DNA of 64,000 nucleotides from the IMG/VR virus record IMGVR_UViG_3300048800_000035, positions 35,701-99,700 of that record; one strand, given 5' to 3'. Source of the DNA: a virus. Of the stretch, positions 10,201-19,805 are shown one piece after another. The translations under genes and the position numbers were made by a program. The notes beneath the pieces were generated by a model that was given only the letters and a program-made list of their open reading frames with translations, searched no databases and was not told the DNA's origin. Positions within the stretch are counted from its first letter, which is position 1, and each line of letters opens with the position of its first letter.

Positions 10201-10417
10201 CCCAAAGCGTCATTCCCCGCTTGATATTGGTCAGGTTGTAACCAAACCCGTTCAATGCCCCAGTCATACTTAGCGAGTTTCCGGGGTAAGTAGTAGGAAC
10301 GGCTTGTAACACACCCTCGGCAATAATCTTGGGAGCGTGTGCGGCTAAGTAGTACAGGGAACTTTGTGGCCTGCTACGGATATAGGAAAGACCCTGCGCG
10401 GTGTAGGCTTGTTTCAT
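7283..10417 (-). CDS. large minor tail protein with C-terminal BNR/sialidase-like beta-propeller repeats
   Basis: 1044 aa; position after tape measure; repeated PTWSDMTTI / SPTWTSLYTT / RDSGATWSNVY motifs in C-terminal third; proline-rich linker PPPPPPPPNN. Confidence 0.6.
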   Translation of the reverse strand: MKQAYTAQGLSYIRSRPQSSLYYLAAHAPKIIAEGVLQAVPTTYPGNSLSMTGALNGFGYNLTNIKRGMTLWVGSEGARYDTGQLRVRRDYVGASLIEVAEYGSGLVNFGSATSLTVVEDYRIWSIHPIYDSQASRWGIDQDPYTAQTKSYGPQVIMGPPAVGIMDNGKMLASYVGDLSLQHSGSITSQLWTFPNGQTVTSALGSSKNPIVITYVDASPLGGIVTLEVTDSNGNSHIGQRLTFCFGTCGRYQPMDCTFDQITGGYKQGGYKTRVSIGEVATSVVVPDGAKVIIFEKASYGTAGSSVGGNYFGRDNIILVGRVVTESQQIDPFTDQVTFQIESEDGELHRSQSYDMFLESGSAASDWSMASGLTLDRAGIVLAKYRSTIANVVDFHPASGVAATMEIPYKDLAQGTLYDQLAYTYQGAGFGMISFDMQGNLWAMLDAQVTGTSSTLPTIMDIGYQDQRDQIQIDHEHRDTNSQYLIYAVEGAAYIPLAAWSPGDWSGYFGQRQEVSRNMYAPDQDTLITWTGNKRAQDNNPYKSVRIPLVGNNRIDPVPQSLITMSLSAVDDPRSFTWNNRNLIPYEITVTYNQEHRSVSTELVAETVVNGIGGSAFTYPTGASIISPPPPPPPPNNCPPGQHWDDATKTCKDNGVGLGDGNTVYVATYNHLARTRNFLDANPTWSDMTTISLPDKIVAFCLDSYDSVNVGYALTVSTLYVITNLNTNSPTWTSLYTTSSINGMADAFPTFGGETITGAVFECMTSPITQQGLLWLGWNSNQGAGQVRGGVTYILYNGNTVLTSLNNNYARTQGAGANNSTRRMMQNFSDPTKGWVLYFSGQPGVTSTLYSMAVSGGVLTVSSLSSPTHGAFDFDTSFPGSNATMVFFEDGTSSWYFENSTNTGASYSTLTSIVAISGAVAQLTPVTRARFIVNVATQDSTDIIAGTIPGNTETHSRIYRSRDSGATWSNVYDAVNNNIFGIMSIGRWPMDANRVFFLGDSIYYTSDMFASGVQDKIGNWVAVLGTWPITSSNYPVYIVPEWLAA

Positions 10418-10418
10418 G

Positions 10419-10757
10419 CTAAGGCAAAAGCCCGGTGATCGTCACGGTAAATTTCCCCGTCACGCCAGCCTCAAGAGACGGGCGCGTTTTCATAATAAGG
10501 TTTATTCCAGCATTGCTATAGGTCACATAAGATGCGGCTTGATCTATAGAAAGCAACTGGATACTTGCTAGAGACGTTCCAGTCAGGGCCGAGAACTGAT
10601 TGTAAAGTGCAACGCTCATCGCGTCGAACACAAGATCAACATTTTTTGTTGCCGAATAGATTGGCCGACCTGTATGATCCGTGCCCTCAATTAAATCGAC
10701 GTACATCTGCGACTGGGGGGCGATGCCAAACGAAACTGAGTTCACCTGAAATGGCAT
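10419..10757 (-). CDS. small tail-associated protein
   Basis: 112 aa ORF between tape measure and large tail protein. Confidence 0.5.
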   Translation of the reverse strand: MPFQVNSVSFGIAPQSQMYVDLIEGTDHTGRPIYSATKNVDLVFDAMSVALYNQFSALTGTSLASIQLLSIDQAASYVTYSNAGINLIMKTRPSLEAGVTGKFTVTITGLLP

Positions 10758-10766
10758 GTTGTTTTC

Positions 10767-13562
10767 CTAATTTATTACATCCCACACGGCGTTGAGTGCT
10801 GACTGACGAACTGCGGCGGCCAAAACCCCGTCCCCGGTAACATTCAGTGTAACTTTCAATGTCTGCGGCCCAGTCGTTCCGCTTCCAGTAGTCTGCGTGA
10901 TTCCACTATCACTCGATCCGCTAGGCCCGCTAGTCGTTGAGCACGGCGTTAGCCCCGCGCCGTTCTTGAGGCACATTTGTTCCGTGTCGCTCCAATGGCA
11001 TCCCGAGGGGCAGTTGTGGGGCAATGATTGTGGGGACCACGGAATTCCACCGAAGGGAATACCCTGCGCTTGATTCCACTCTTGTAGCACGGTGTCAATC
11101 GAGACGGTTCCGCTTTGGAGTTGCTTCAAGATGTTCTGGTTAGTCTTGAAGAAGTCCAGCATATCCCCCACGCGAGTGTTATAGGAATCCTGATACGCCT
11201 TCTCAATCTTAGTGTTTTGGGCGTCTAGGGCGGCAGCGTCAAGAACGTACTGTGCGTTTACCTGACCAGACTGGTCGTTATACGCCTTTACGATGTCCGA
11301 CAACTTCTGGGCATTCTGCGTAGCAATGTCCTGATTCTGTTGCTGGAACGCCTTTTGTGCATCGTCTTTGGCTCTTTGATCGTCAAGAGCAATCTGGTCT
11401 TTCTTCTGTTGCTGATAGTCGGCCAAGTCTTTTAGAGACTGGGCGTAGTTGGCATTCTCCGCCGTCGCCTTCGTTCCAGCATCCTTATTGGCCGTAGCAA
11501 GATCGGCGGCCCTTTGTGCATTAGCCTCAAACAGGGCACGTCCGTCACCATCAATCAAGGCTTTTAATCGAGAGAGGTCGTATCTCTGGTTGATTGCGGC
11601 AATCTGCTGTTGGTGTTGAATCTCGATGTTTTGTAGATTCTTGTTATGAGTATCTGCCAGGGCCTCAGTCTTGGTAGAAATCTCTGTCTGCAAGTCTTGT
11701 AACTTGCGGGCATCTTGGGTAGCAATGTCTTGTTTCTTGCGCCCATAAGCAGTGTCGGCAGCAAGTCTTTGACGCGCCGTGTCTGACCCTAACTTTTCCA
11801 TTGCAGTATTGAATGTGTCTTGCACCTTAGCGAGGGCGGCAGTCAGTTTATCCCCAAGTGCGGCAAGTTGGGTTGGCTCGATAAACTTTTGCCACAGTTT
11901 GGAAACGGCCTCGCCAGTAAGTTGACCCTGTGCCGCCGCCGCTATCATGGCATTACGGAAATCAATAAACCCCTGATCGGCAACTCCAAGGGAAACGGAA
12001 AGTTGATCTATTTGCGCTTGGGTAGGTTTGAGAGCACCTGTCAGACTTTCCATATATTGAATGACAAGTTTTCCAGCATCAACCATCGAGAACTTGTCAG
12101 ACAGTTGTTGCATTTTGTCGAGTGATACGGTAAATGTATCCAGCGCTGTTTGTAGGGCTGTATTGTGTGCTTCTAATGCCGCCGCTGCCGCCGCTTGTCT
12201 ATCGAATGCGTCCGTTACGGCCCCGACGCCCTTAACTTGATCCCACTGGGCAGCGGTAAGTTCGACATTCTTCGCTACCAACTCCGGCAGCATGGTCCCC
12301 TCGAACTCTATCAACTTCATAAGGTCGCCCGTGGCGTTGAAGAAAAAACCAGCCGCATTTGCCGCCGCGCCCAGAGTTCTGGCATATGTCGTATAATTTG
12401 TTGACACCTTGAGAATGTCAGGCGCTTGCGCTTGAACAAGCGTAGCTTGATCTTTAGTCAGGAACAAAACCTTATCAATAGCGGCGATTAGTGGAGTTAA
12501 CCCGTCAGCAACCTGAGCTTGAAATGCTTTGGTTGCATCTTGAACATGAGCGGCCAAGCGGTCATAGGCGGTAGCATTGTCGTCCGTTAAGCCACCCGCT
12601 GCCTTGGCACGTGGCAAGTATTCATCCAAAATGGCATTTACAAGGGCTTGGCGTTTCTGTTGACCATCTAACTGAGCCGCCGTTGTCCCAATAGATGCGG
12701 CAAATTTTTCGTAAGCAACTTGGTCATTAACTACGATACCGGAGAAGGCCAAGAGCCTTGTTGAAAGCGCATCAACGCCCTGGATAACTTGGGCGAAATT
12801 ATCTGTGGCACTTCTGCCTAATGCACGACCATTGACAGCGGCAACCAGCATCAGATTGGCAAGTGTGTCAACGTTCGTAACAGCGCCGGTCAGCAATGCC
12901 TTGTTTGTATCAATCATTGCCGACTGCGCCGAAATGGTATCTAGCGATGCGGCTTGTAATTTTGCAACAGCTTGGGGAAGGTCAACTCCAAATGTGGCCG
13001 CAAGTGCCTTACCAGAAGCTTGTAGACGCTCAAACTGTGCCCCCGCATTGGCGGCTTGATACAAGTCCTGAAATGCTCCAATAACAACATCAAGTGCTTG
13101 TTTGAGAAGGTAGTAAGTAGCGGCTAGGTCAACTGTCGATATGGTCGCTGCTGTGGTTGCTTGCGTTCCCTTGCCAGCGTTGCCCGCGAAGGTCAACATA
13201 CTTGACCCCGCTTCGACTTGCCCCTCAGTCATCATGGATAATGCCTGATTGTAGGCATCATTCCCAGCGGTCGCCTCCGCTTGGGCAGCAGTAAATTCCT
13301 TTAGCTGTTGTGCTCCGAGGTCGCCAACCGTCTGCATCGTGGCTTGTTGCTTACCGAGCGTAGCGGCATTGAGAGCTTCTTGTGCTGAGGCCGCATCTCT
13401 AGCAGCCGCAGCCGCCTCCATATATTGCTGCTTAAGCAAAGAGGCTTGCGATAACATGGTGTTACGCCACCGATCTATTACTTCGAGATCGGCAGGAAGT
13501 TTGTCAAAGCCCGATGTTAGGGCCTTGATTGTAATTCTTACTTCGTTGTCGTCAGCAGCCAT
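10767..13562 (-). CDS. tail tape measure protein
   Basis: 931 aa, long Ala/Gln/Lys-rich coiled-coil repeats, central hydrophobic segments, located after the frameshift-type ORF pair. Confidence 0.8.
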   Translation of the reverse strand: MAADDNEVRITIKALTSGFDKLPADLEVIDRWRNTMLSQASLLKQQYMEAAAAARDAASAQEALNAATLGKQQATMQTVGDLGAQQLKEFTAAQAEATAGNDAYNQALSMMTEGQVEAGSSMLTFAGNAGKGTQATTAATISTVDLAATYYLLKQALDVVIGAFQDLYQAANAGAQFERLQASGKALAATFGVDLPQAVAKLQAASLDTISAQSAMIDTNKALLTGAVTNVDTLANLMLVAAVNGRALGRSATDNFAQVIQGVDALSTRLLAFSGIVVNDQVAYEKFAASIGTTAAQLDGQQKRQALVNAILDEYLPRAKAAGGLTDDNATAYDRLAAHVQDATKAFQAQVADGLTPLIAAIDKVLFLTKDQATLVQAQAPDILKVSTNYTTYARTLGAAANAAGFFFNATGDLMKLIEFEGTMLPELVAKNVELTAAQWDQVKGVGAVTDAFDRQAAAAAALEAHNTALQTALDTFTVSLDKMQQLSDKFSMVDAGKLVIQYMESLTGALKPTQAQIDQLSVSLGVADQGFIDFRNAMIAAAAQGQLTGEAVSKLWQKFIEPTQLAALGDKLTAALAKVQDTFNTAMEKLGSDTARQRLAADTAYGRKKQDIATQDARKLQDLQTEISTKTEALADTHNKNLQNIEIQHQQQIAAINQRYDLSRLKALIDGDGRALFEANAQRAADLATANKDAGTKATAENANYAQSLKDLADYQQQKKDQIALDDQRAKDDAQKAFQQQNQDIATQNAQKLSDIVKAYNDQSGQVNAQYVLDAAALDAQNTKIEKAYQDSYNTRVGDMLDFFKTNQNILKQLQSGTVSIDTVLQEWNQAQGIPFGGIPWSPQSLPHNCPSGCHWSDTEQMCLKNGAGLTPCSTTSGPSGSSDSGITQTTGSGTTGPQTLKVTLNVTGDGVLAAAVRQSALNAVWDVIN

Positions 13563-13871
13563 TTATCTTCGCCTTCGCGCGGGACGTTCGGGAAGTTCAA
13601 CCTTGACTTCGTTCGGATCGGGATTGTCGGATTCCCCGCTTCTTACCTTGCTGATAAATCTAACCATATCGGGATTGTTGTTTCGCCATTCGTTCTTGTC
13701 TCTCGCTTGCCTTTGTCCAACCACCGCGTCGTATACAGTCATGCAACCCCTGACAGTCCTGATAAATTGGACATTCTGGTTGTCGAAACCAAACGCACCC
13801 GGCGTCGTGTTGAAGTTTTTACTCAGTAGCCCTATTTCTAATTCGAGCGGCATTGGGCCACGCCCCTCCAT
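13563..13871 (-). CDS. downstream ORF of tail assembly chaperone pair (gpT-like)
   Basis: 102 aa ORF directly upstream of tape measure; in the -1 frame relative to 13889..14224; weak ribosome binding site. Confidence 0.5.
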   Translation of the reverse strand: MEGRGPMPLELEIGLLSKNFNTTPGAFGFDNQNVQFIRTVRGCMTVYDAVVGQRQARDKNEWRNNNPDMVRFISKVRSGESDNPDPNEVKVELPERPARRRR

Positions 13872-13888
13872 ACAATCCAGTGCCGCTC

Positions 13889-14224
13889 TTAGGGTTTTGA
13901 ATCAATGGAATTCGTGCAGGTGTAGAGGTCCGACACACACTCGATCAGCCAACTCATCAACTTCGTTGAGGCGGGAAAGTTATTCTCGTCTACCTTGTCG
14001 GGAAGCCCAGAGATGTGCCACTCCGTAACGAGCGAGGTCGCCGTTGGCAGGAGTTTCAAATAGAAGTCGGCAGTCGTGATATTCTCCGCGTCCTTCTGCG
14101 CGACAGTTACTTTCTTGGCCTCGTTCATGGCCGTTTCCCACTTCAAAAGGTCTTTGAAATTCATGTACTCGGCCAGCAAAACAGTACCAGGCCAACGTGT
14201 ATCAGGTGATTCCTTGATTGCCAT
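13889..14224 (-). CDS. tail assembly chaperone-like (gpG-like) protein
   Basis: 111 aa ORF upstream of tape measure, position-typical of siphophage tail chaperones. Confidence 0.5.
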   Translation of the reverse strand: MAIKESPDTRWPGTVLLAEYMNFKDLLKWETAMNEAKKVTVAQKDAENITTADFYLKLLPTATSLVTEWHISGLPDKVDENNFPASTKLMSWLIECVSDLYTCTNSIDSKP

Positions 14225-14340
14225 TTCATCTCCATGAAAACAAAATGGGCCACAGATTCCCGATTGGGATAGTATCTGTGACCCGTCAAGCAGGCTCCGT
14301 TATGTAATTGTAAATCTACAACGGTGTCATTATACCATAA

Positions 14341-14610
14341 TCATTCCCGCGTGTTGTGCTTGCCAATCAGGTAAATAACCCTGTTTGCGACGAACAACAG
14401 GAAGGCAGAACCGACTATAGTAGCAAGCGCCAACCAGAAGTTGTTCTGCGCCGTAACCAGTCTAATGAAAACAAACTCGCCAATAAAGGCTCCGACAACG
14501 CTGGAAACAAGGTTGACGTATGCCCTTGAAGTTGAGTGAGTATTTAGGATTACACTGCCGATAAGCCCAATAACGCTTCCAGCGACGAGACAAGCAATTA
14601 GATTAACCAC
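14341..14610 (-). CDS. small membrane protein
   Basis: 89 aa with three hydrophobic stretches. Confidence 0.55.
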   Translation of the reverse strand: MVNLIACLVAGSVIGLIGSVILNTHSTSRAYVNLVSSVVGAFIGEFVFIRLVTAQNNFWLALATIVGSAFLLFVANRVIYLIGKHNTRE

Positions 14611-14706
14611 TTATAGATAGGAGCGTCATGCGATAGTCGAAATCGCTTAACTTGGGCGGAAGCCAAGCGCCTAACCGGTCGGCCAATGACGCCTCGCTAT
14701 TATACC

Positions 14707-14904
14707 CTAATGCAACGGGAAGTGAACGCCAAGGGAAGGGAAAAACAGAGCGGCGATTAGGTATATCGCAACCAGTCCAATGAGGATTTGCAGGAAAAGA
14801 TTGAATGGCGCGGGAACTCCCATCTTACCCAGAATCCAGAAACAAGCATAAGCCGCAATTGCAATGACGGCGATCCAGATAATAATTACGAGAAATGCGG
14901 GCAT
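14707..14904 (-). CDS. small membrane protein
   Basis: 65 aa with two hydrophobic segments. Confidence 0.5.
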   Translation of the reverse strand: MPAFLVIIIWIAVIAIAAYACFWILGKMGVPAPFNLFLQILIGLVAIYLIAALFFPSLGVHFPLH

Positions 14905-14930
14905 TATATTCCTCTAATATGGCGGCGGAT

Positions 14931-15275
14931 TTATTCGACTTCGACTATGTTTAAAAGTTGCACGTGGTTCAATTCTTTACACGTTGGGCAAAGTATCGCA
15001 ATATGAGATTTCTGGTTCCGTAGGATATATGGAAGCGATAAATCCAGCAAGCGATGCAAGCAATTCAAGTTTGAACAATGTATACGTTCGGGAACCGATG
15101 GAGCTTGTTTCTTGGGAAGTTTTAGTCGCAGTCCGACGATCACATCCCGTTTCTTATCCCTTGAACACCTTGGACATTTAATGGAGATGTCCGACATTTC
15201 GCCAGACATCTCCTCTACATCGAACTCGCTATCGAACAAACGTTGGTTGCACGCCCTATGTCGAATGGAAAGCAT
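14931..15275 (-). CDS. zinc-binding (CxxC pairs) protein
   Basis: IKCPRCSR ... HCSNLNC ... ILCPTCKELN metal-binding pattern. Confidence 0.55.
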   Translation of the reverse strand: MLSIRHRACNQRLFDSEFDVEEMSGEMSDISIKCPRCSRDKKRDVIVGLRLKLPKKQAPSVPERIHCSNLNCLHRLLDLSLPYILRNQKSHIAILCPTCKELNHVQLLNIVEVE

Positions 15276-15281
15276 TCAAAA

Positions 15282-16622
15282 TCACACGCTCGACAAAAGC
15301 GTATAGGCCGCGCCGGGGGTTCCGTTGACCAGCGAGAAGGAAAACGGAAAGTTATCATCACGAACTACGCGATAGTCGCCCGTCAGGGTGTACATTCCGT
15401 TAGTGTCGGCCTCGGTCAACTTATTGAAATAAGACGGGACAGAAGCGGCGAGACTGTAGTTGGTTGAACCAGCCAATTTCCACGGGGTCTGCATATTCCA
15501 AAGCATCTGAATCTCCGATGCCGCTCTCCACTTCGCAAACTCAAGCTCGTTGTTCAAGAGGATAGTTATGTTGCCAAGATACTCCGTTGCCCCAAAGAAA
15601 GCACCTTGCGGATTTTGGAGGCCAGCAGCGGCGCGGTATGTAGTATTTCCAGTATTTACAGTCAGGGTAACGTTCTCAACCACGTTCCAAGCTGTTCCTT
15701 GGTCGCGGGTAACTTGCAAATCCCAGGAGGGCCAAATCCTCAACATCGACGGTGCATTGATGAGCGTCTTGGTTGAAGCGCCAGAAGGGTCGCCCTCAAA
15801 CGTTGCCTGAACCGTTGTTAGACCATCCACCTTTTCCGAGTCAATTGCTAGAGCCATCGTCTTGAGAACCATCCCCACATTCAGGAAGTTCTTGTTGGCC
15901 GAGGCTTCGCCAGCAGTGGGATGCCCGATACGCTCCATAGCCAATGTTGGAGCAACCGAGGCTTGGGTGAAGGTGTGAACAAAGTTTCTAATTCCAGTAA
16001 TAGTCAGATTCCCACCCGAAAGACCGGCCACACTCAGTCCCGATCCGGCAATGGAACTAAATGATGTCCGCGTATACATGTTGCCTGCGCCCGTGATCGT
16101 CACAACTTCGCTGGCACCATTTCCGTATGCGTCAATGCCGGCGATAGTAACAGTGCCGGGACCAACGATACCCTCCAACGCCAATCGCAGAATAGCACCG
16201 CCGTCGCTTGGTTGTTTAGCAAGGGTAAGTAGTTGCCCTAAGGCTGATAGTCCCTGTTTATCCATCAAAGAAGCGCCGGCAGGCACTCCGCCACTGAGAA
16301 CCATATTGGTCGAAAGACTCCCCATAGCGGCGTACAGAAGCACCCCCATGAAGTCTGCCACAACAGGGGCATTGAAGTCCCCCTCCGACCACTGCCGACC
16401 CACCACGGGCGGTTGCTGATTGATCCTGCGGTCGCCAGCGTGTCCCTGCGGAAAGATCACTGCCTGGGTGTCTTGAACCGTGGGGAGGCCAGTCGTGATT
16501 ACGTCGAACCAACGCCCGCCCTCGCTCCACAGTCTGCCGAGGCGAACACCAGACGGTGCGCTTCCTCTATCCACTTCCAAACTTATTTTTGTGCCAGAAT
16601 TGTACGTACTTGTAATTGCCAT
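15282..16622 (-). CDS. major tail tube protein-like
   Basis: 446 aa structural-type sequence between connector genes and chaperone/tape measure genes; VTLTVNTGNTTYRAA...PQGAFFGA segments. Confidence 0.6.
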   Translation of the reverse strand: MAITSTYNSGTKISLEVDRGSAPSGVRLGRLWSEGGRWFDVITTGLPTVQDTQAVIFPQGHAGDRRINQQPPVVGRQWSEGDFNAPVVADFMGVLLYAAMGSLSTNMVLSGGVPAGASLMDKQGLSALGQLLTLAKQPSDGGAILRLALEGIVGPGTVTIAGIDAYGNGASEVVTITGAGNMYTRTSFSSIAGSGLSVAGLSGGNLTITGIRNFVHTFTQASVAPTLAMERIGHPTAGEASANKNFLNVGMVLKTMALAIDSEKVDGLTTVQATFEGDPSGASTKTLINAPSMLRIWPSWDLQVTRDQGTAWNVVENVTLTVNTGNTTYRAAAGLQNPQGAFFGATEYLGNITILLNNELEFAKWRAASEIQMLWNMQTPWKLAGSTNYSLAASVPSYFNKLTEADTNGMYTLTGDYRVVRDDNFPFSFSLVNGTPGAAYTLLSSV

Positions 16623-16781
16623 AATGTATCTCCTAGAACGCTTGTATTATAGCACGAATTGGTCTATAATTATTGGGCTTGGACTGGTCAATTGTGATAC
16701 AATAACCCGAAACCGTTTTGCCGTGACCTGTCCAAGCAACAGAATCACACAGGCAAAGCGGTTTTTATTTATGGTGATAAA

Positions 16782-17729
16782 ATGAGAAAAGGTCAAAAAG
16801 CAAGTCCCGAAACAATTGAAAAAATGCGTCAAGCCAAGCTTGGTAAAAAACTCTCGCCAGAAGCGTTGGCAAGCCGAAAGTCCAAATTGGCATTGCGCCC
16901 AAGCCCGCTCAAGGGTAGAAAAATGAGTGATGAGGCTAGGAGAAAAATGAGTTTGGCTAAAAAGGGCAAACCGTCTAATCACAAGGGTATCAAACACACT
17001 GCCGAATCCAAACTCAAAATGAGTCTCGCCCATAAGGGTAAAAAAACGTGGCTTGGTAAAAAACATAGTGAGGCTACCAAGAAATTGATGAGCGATATTC
17101 GACTTGGTATTCCGACTGGCAGAAAACCAATGTTGGGAAAACACCATTCCGATGAAACCAAGAAACGATTGAGTGAAGTCCACAAGGGGAATAAATACTC
17201 TCTTGGCAAGCATCCGTCCGAAGAAAATATCGAGAAGATGCGCCAGCGTATGCTTGGAAATAGCAATCTCGTCGGACATATTCATTCCGAGGAAACGCGA
17301 GAAAAAATACGACAGAAATCCACTGGCCGAAAACACACGCCAGAAGATTTGGCTAAAATGTCTCTTGCCCAATCTGGTCCTGCTAATGCTATGTGGAAAG
17401 ACGGGCGCGGGAAACCCAACTACGGCCCAGGTTGGAAAAAGTGCCAGCGCGAAACGCGAGAACGCGATCACGACTTGTGTGTGATTTGCGGCGAACCCGT
17501 AACTGGCGAAAAGGCTATTGATGTTCATCACATTATCAAAGTTCACGATTGTCGCCTAAAAGGACTTGAACCACACATCCCTGCGAATACCGCTTGCTTG
17601 TGTTATAAGCACCATCGTTGGGCAGATGACAATGACGAGTCGATTCCCATGCTCCAAGAAACTCTATCGGCGCGTTTTGGATATTCATACTACCAGGGTG
17701 TTCCATCTCAACTTGTATCACTGGTCTAA
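16782..17729 (+). CDS. HNH homing endonuclease with multiple NUMOD3 (DNA-binding) repeats
   Basis: Repeated GKKHSEATKKxMS / GRKHTPEDLAKMS motifs, then CVICGE...IDVHHI...LCYKHHR; opposite strand to flanking structural genes. Confidence 0.88.
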   Translation: MRKGQKASPETIEKMRQAKLGKKLSPEALASRKSKLALRPSPLKGRKMSDEARRKMSLAKKGKPSNHKGIKHTAESKLKMSLAHKGKKTWLGKKHSEATKKLMSDIRLGIPTGRKPMLGKHHSDETKKRLSEVHKGNKYSLGKHPSEENIEKMRQRMLGNSNLVGHIHSEETREKIRQKSTGRKHTPEDLAKMSLAQSGPANAMWKDGRGKPNYGPGWKKCQRETRERDHDLCVICGEPVTGEKAIDVHHIIKVHDCRLKGLEPHIPANTACLCYKHHRWADDNDESIPMLQETLSARFGYSYYQGVPSQLVSLV

Positions 17730-18178
17730 GAATTTACGATGGTGAAGCGAAAAATCCAGCCACAGTAATCTGTTCCGCCGTACTGTAAAAGTGCCCCTCC
17801 GTTGCCGTAATTTGCGTCGGTAATCCAGCACTTTATCGACGCCGTTGACGCCAGAAGTCCGCTAATCACGCTGTCGGTTTGGAAGGTTGTTCTCCACAGT
17901 CCGCCGAATGGAATAGCGGCATTCTCGACAAACTTCAATCTGCCGCCCTGCAACTGGCGAGGAGTCACAAACAGGATCGAAGTCATATTGATTTGGTTGG
18001 CCCAAACATTATGCAAAGCTCTCGGCGCAGACTTGAAGTTCGGGATGTAGTGAACTACACACGGAAACTGTCCAGTCAAGTTATCTGGATTCTGCGCGAA
18101 ACCATAACTATTCTTGACGCCGGGAATTGTGCGCTCAATAGCGGCGATGTTGTTAATTATATCGGCTTCCGTGAACAT
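17726..18178 (-). CDS. head-tail completion protein-like
   Basis: 150 aa ORF between tail tube and connector genes. Confidence 0.4.
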   Translation of the reverse strand: MFTEADIINNIAAIERTIPGVKNSYGFAQNPDNLTGQFPCVVHYIPNFKSAPRALHNVWANQINMTSILFVTPRQLQGGRLKFVENAAIPFGGLWRTTFQTDSVISGLLASTASIKCWITDANYGNGGALLQYGGTDYCGWIFRFTIVNS

Positions 18179-18179
18179 T

Positions 18180-18821
18180 TCAGTGTCCCGACAGTCTCAT
18201 GGCTATTTCTATTCCGCCAAGAACGACGCTAAGAATAAGACCGGCACCGACCAATCCAATACCAATTGCCCATCGTTCTCCCGCCGTGGATTTGTCCGAT
18301 TGGGTTGCCTGTCCATGAATGGCACTGCGACTCTCGCGTAAATCATTGACTTGTTTCTGCAACTCGATGTGTTGAGATTGAGTAACAAAGGTAGCCATAG
18401 CTATCTGTATCAGCCCAATTTGTTTATCAGCCGCCGAGATGCGGGTGTTCTGATTTTCAATCAACGCCAGCGCTTCATTACGCGGCATGAGAACGCGCTG
18501 GGCATCGTCCAGGGTCTTGCGGAACTCGTTGACACCCTCAAAACGTTTCTCGGTCGAAGTCTCCGCCTTGACGATGGCCTTTTCAGACGCCGCGAAAGCA
18601 GCATCAGTAGCCGTTTTCTGCGCCGTCAGAGCTGCGTCGATAGCCGTTTTCTGAGACGACAGACCGACTTGAACCGCCCGATCCGAGTCCTGAAAACGCT
18701 GGTTATATTGCCGGTCGCGCTCGTCAACCAAGGTTTTCAAGTGCTGGTCGCGCTCATTAAGTATCTTCTCTAGATACTCTTTTAGATAGACTATTTCCCT
18801 AGTAGGCAATTCGGCTGACAT
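18180..18821 (-). CDS. coiled-coil protein with C-terminal transmembrane segment
   Basis: ERDQHLKTLVDERDRQYNQRF..., KTAIDAALTAQKTATDAAF repeats, C-terminal IGIGLVGAGLILSVVLGGIEIAM. Confidence 0.6.
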   Translation of the reverse strand: MSAELPTREIVYLKEYLEKILNERDQHLKTLVDERDRQYNQRFQDSDRAVQVGLSSQKTAIDAALTAQKTATDAAFAASEKAIVKAETSTEKRFEGVNEFRKTLDDAQRVLMPRNEALALIENQNTRISAADKQIGLIQIAMATFVTQSQHIELQKQVNDLRESRSAIHGQATQSDKSTAGERWAIGIGLVGAGLILSVVLGGIEIAMRLSGH

Positions 18822-18822
18822 A

Positions 18823-19743
18823 CTATTTCACCAAAACCGTTGCCCGATCCCTGATGGTGGGCGAATTTGGATACACCACGATACTCATTCTTACAAATCT
18901 GTCTAGTCGCTGTCTGACATCGGCGGCCATTCCCTCCGGAATCGAAAGTGTGCCGAGCATCACGTTCGCCGTTTTGACTTCATACGGCGTCATTGCTTGA
19001 CCGTAAAGCCAAGCAGCAAGTCTCTCTGTCGCCCACTGAATGTCTGGTTCGGGAGAGAAGCGGTAAATCTTTGCTCCACTGGGATGGTTGTTAGCAGAGG
19101 TTCCGTTCTGATAAGGTATAAGATTGACTTGACTGACCCCATTTCCACCCGCCACGAACATCATTTCGCCCTCAATCATCAGCGTGTCGCCGGGGGCAAT
19201 GCGGGGAGATTCAAAGTTTGCATCAGACGCACCAACGCCATAAGACGTGCCCGACAGAGTGAGAGAGCCAGCGGAAGCAGAATAAGAGGCTCCGAGGCTG
19301 GCACCAGTGTCAACCCATGCGTTCCCATAGTCCTCGTGGTATCCCCACCAGCCGGTAACTTCGTTGGCCCGTTGGTCTGTGCCAGAGAAAAGAAACAACG
19401 AGCCGGTGTTGTAGCGAAGCACAATCTTGTCCCACGGAGGTCTATTGTAATTGTCGCCATTCTGCAAGATCATTGTTGGACTTGCAATCGTTGACGCGCC
19501 GTTCATAGTCTTGAGCGTTTCGAGCGACAAGAGGTCTTTATCAAGCCTTATCTCTCTCGCCTCTCTATAATCATAGAAACGTGTTTCTCGCAACGGGTAA
19601 AATTCTCGGCGGCAATATTTGTCAATTGACCTCGATGCGCGACCAATGTGACTCATCAACTGCTTGTCATCCGTCTCGTTGGATGACGACAGCGAGAGGT
19701 AGCGGTCGATTCTGTCCAAATTCGTATAGAACGGTTTAGTCAT
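18823..19743 (-). CDS. head-tail connector-like protein
   Basis: RSIDKYCRREFYP N-terminal motif typical of gp6-type connectors, downstream of capsid genes. Confidence 0.55.
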   Translation of the reverse strand: MTKPFYTNLDRIDRYLSLSSSNETDDKQLMSHIGRASRSIDKYCRREFYPLRETRFYDYREAREIRLDKDLLSLETLKTMNGASTIASPTMILQNGDNYNRPPWDKIVLRYNTGSLFLFSGTDQRANEVTGWWGYHEDYGNAWVDTGASLGASYSASAGSLTLSGTSYGVGASDANFESPRIAPGDTLMIEGEMMFVAGGNGVSQVNLIPYQNGTSANNHPSGAKIYRFSPEPDIQWATERLAAWLYGQAMTPYEVKTANVMLGTLSIPEGMAADVRQRLDRFVRMSIVVYPNSPTIRDRATVLVK

Positions 19744-19805
19744 TTATCGCCCAGTGATCTTTGGAATGCGATACCCTTTGCGAACAGAACCTCGAACTGT
19801 ATTTT

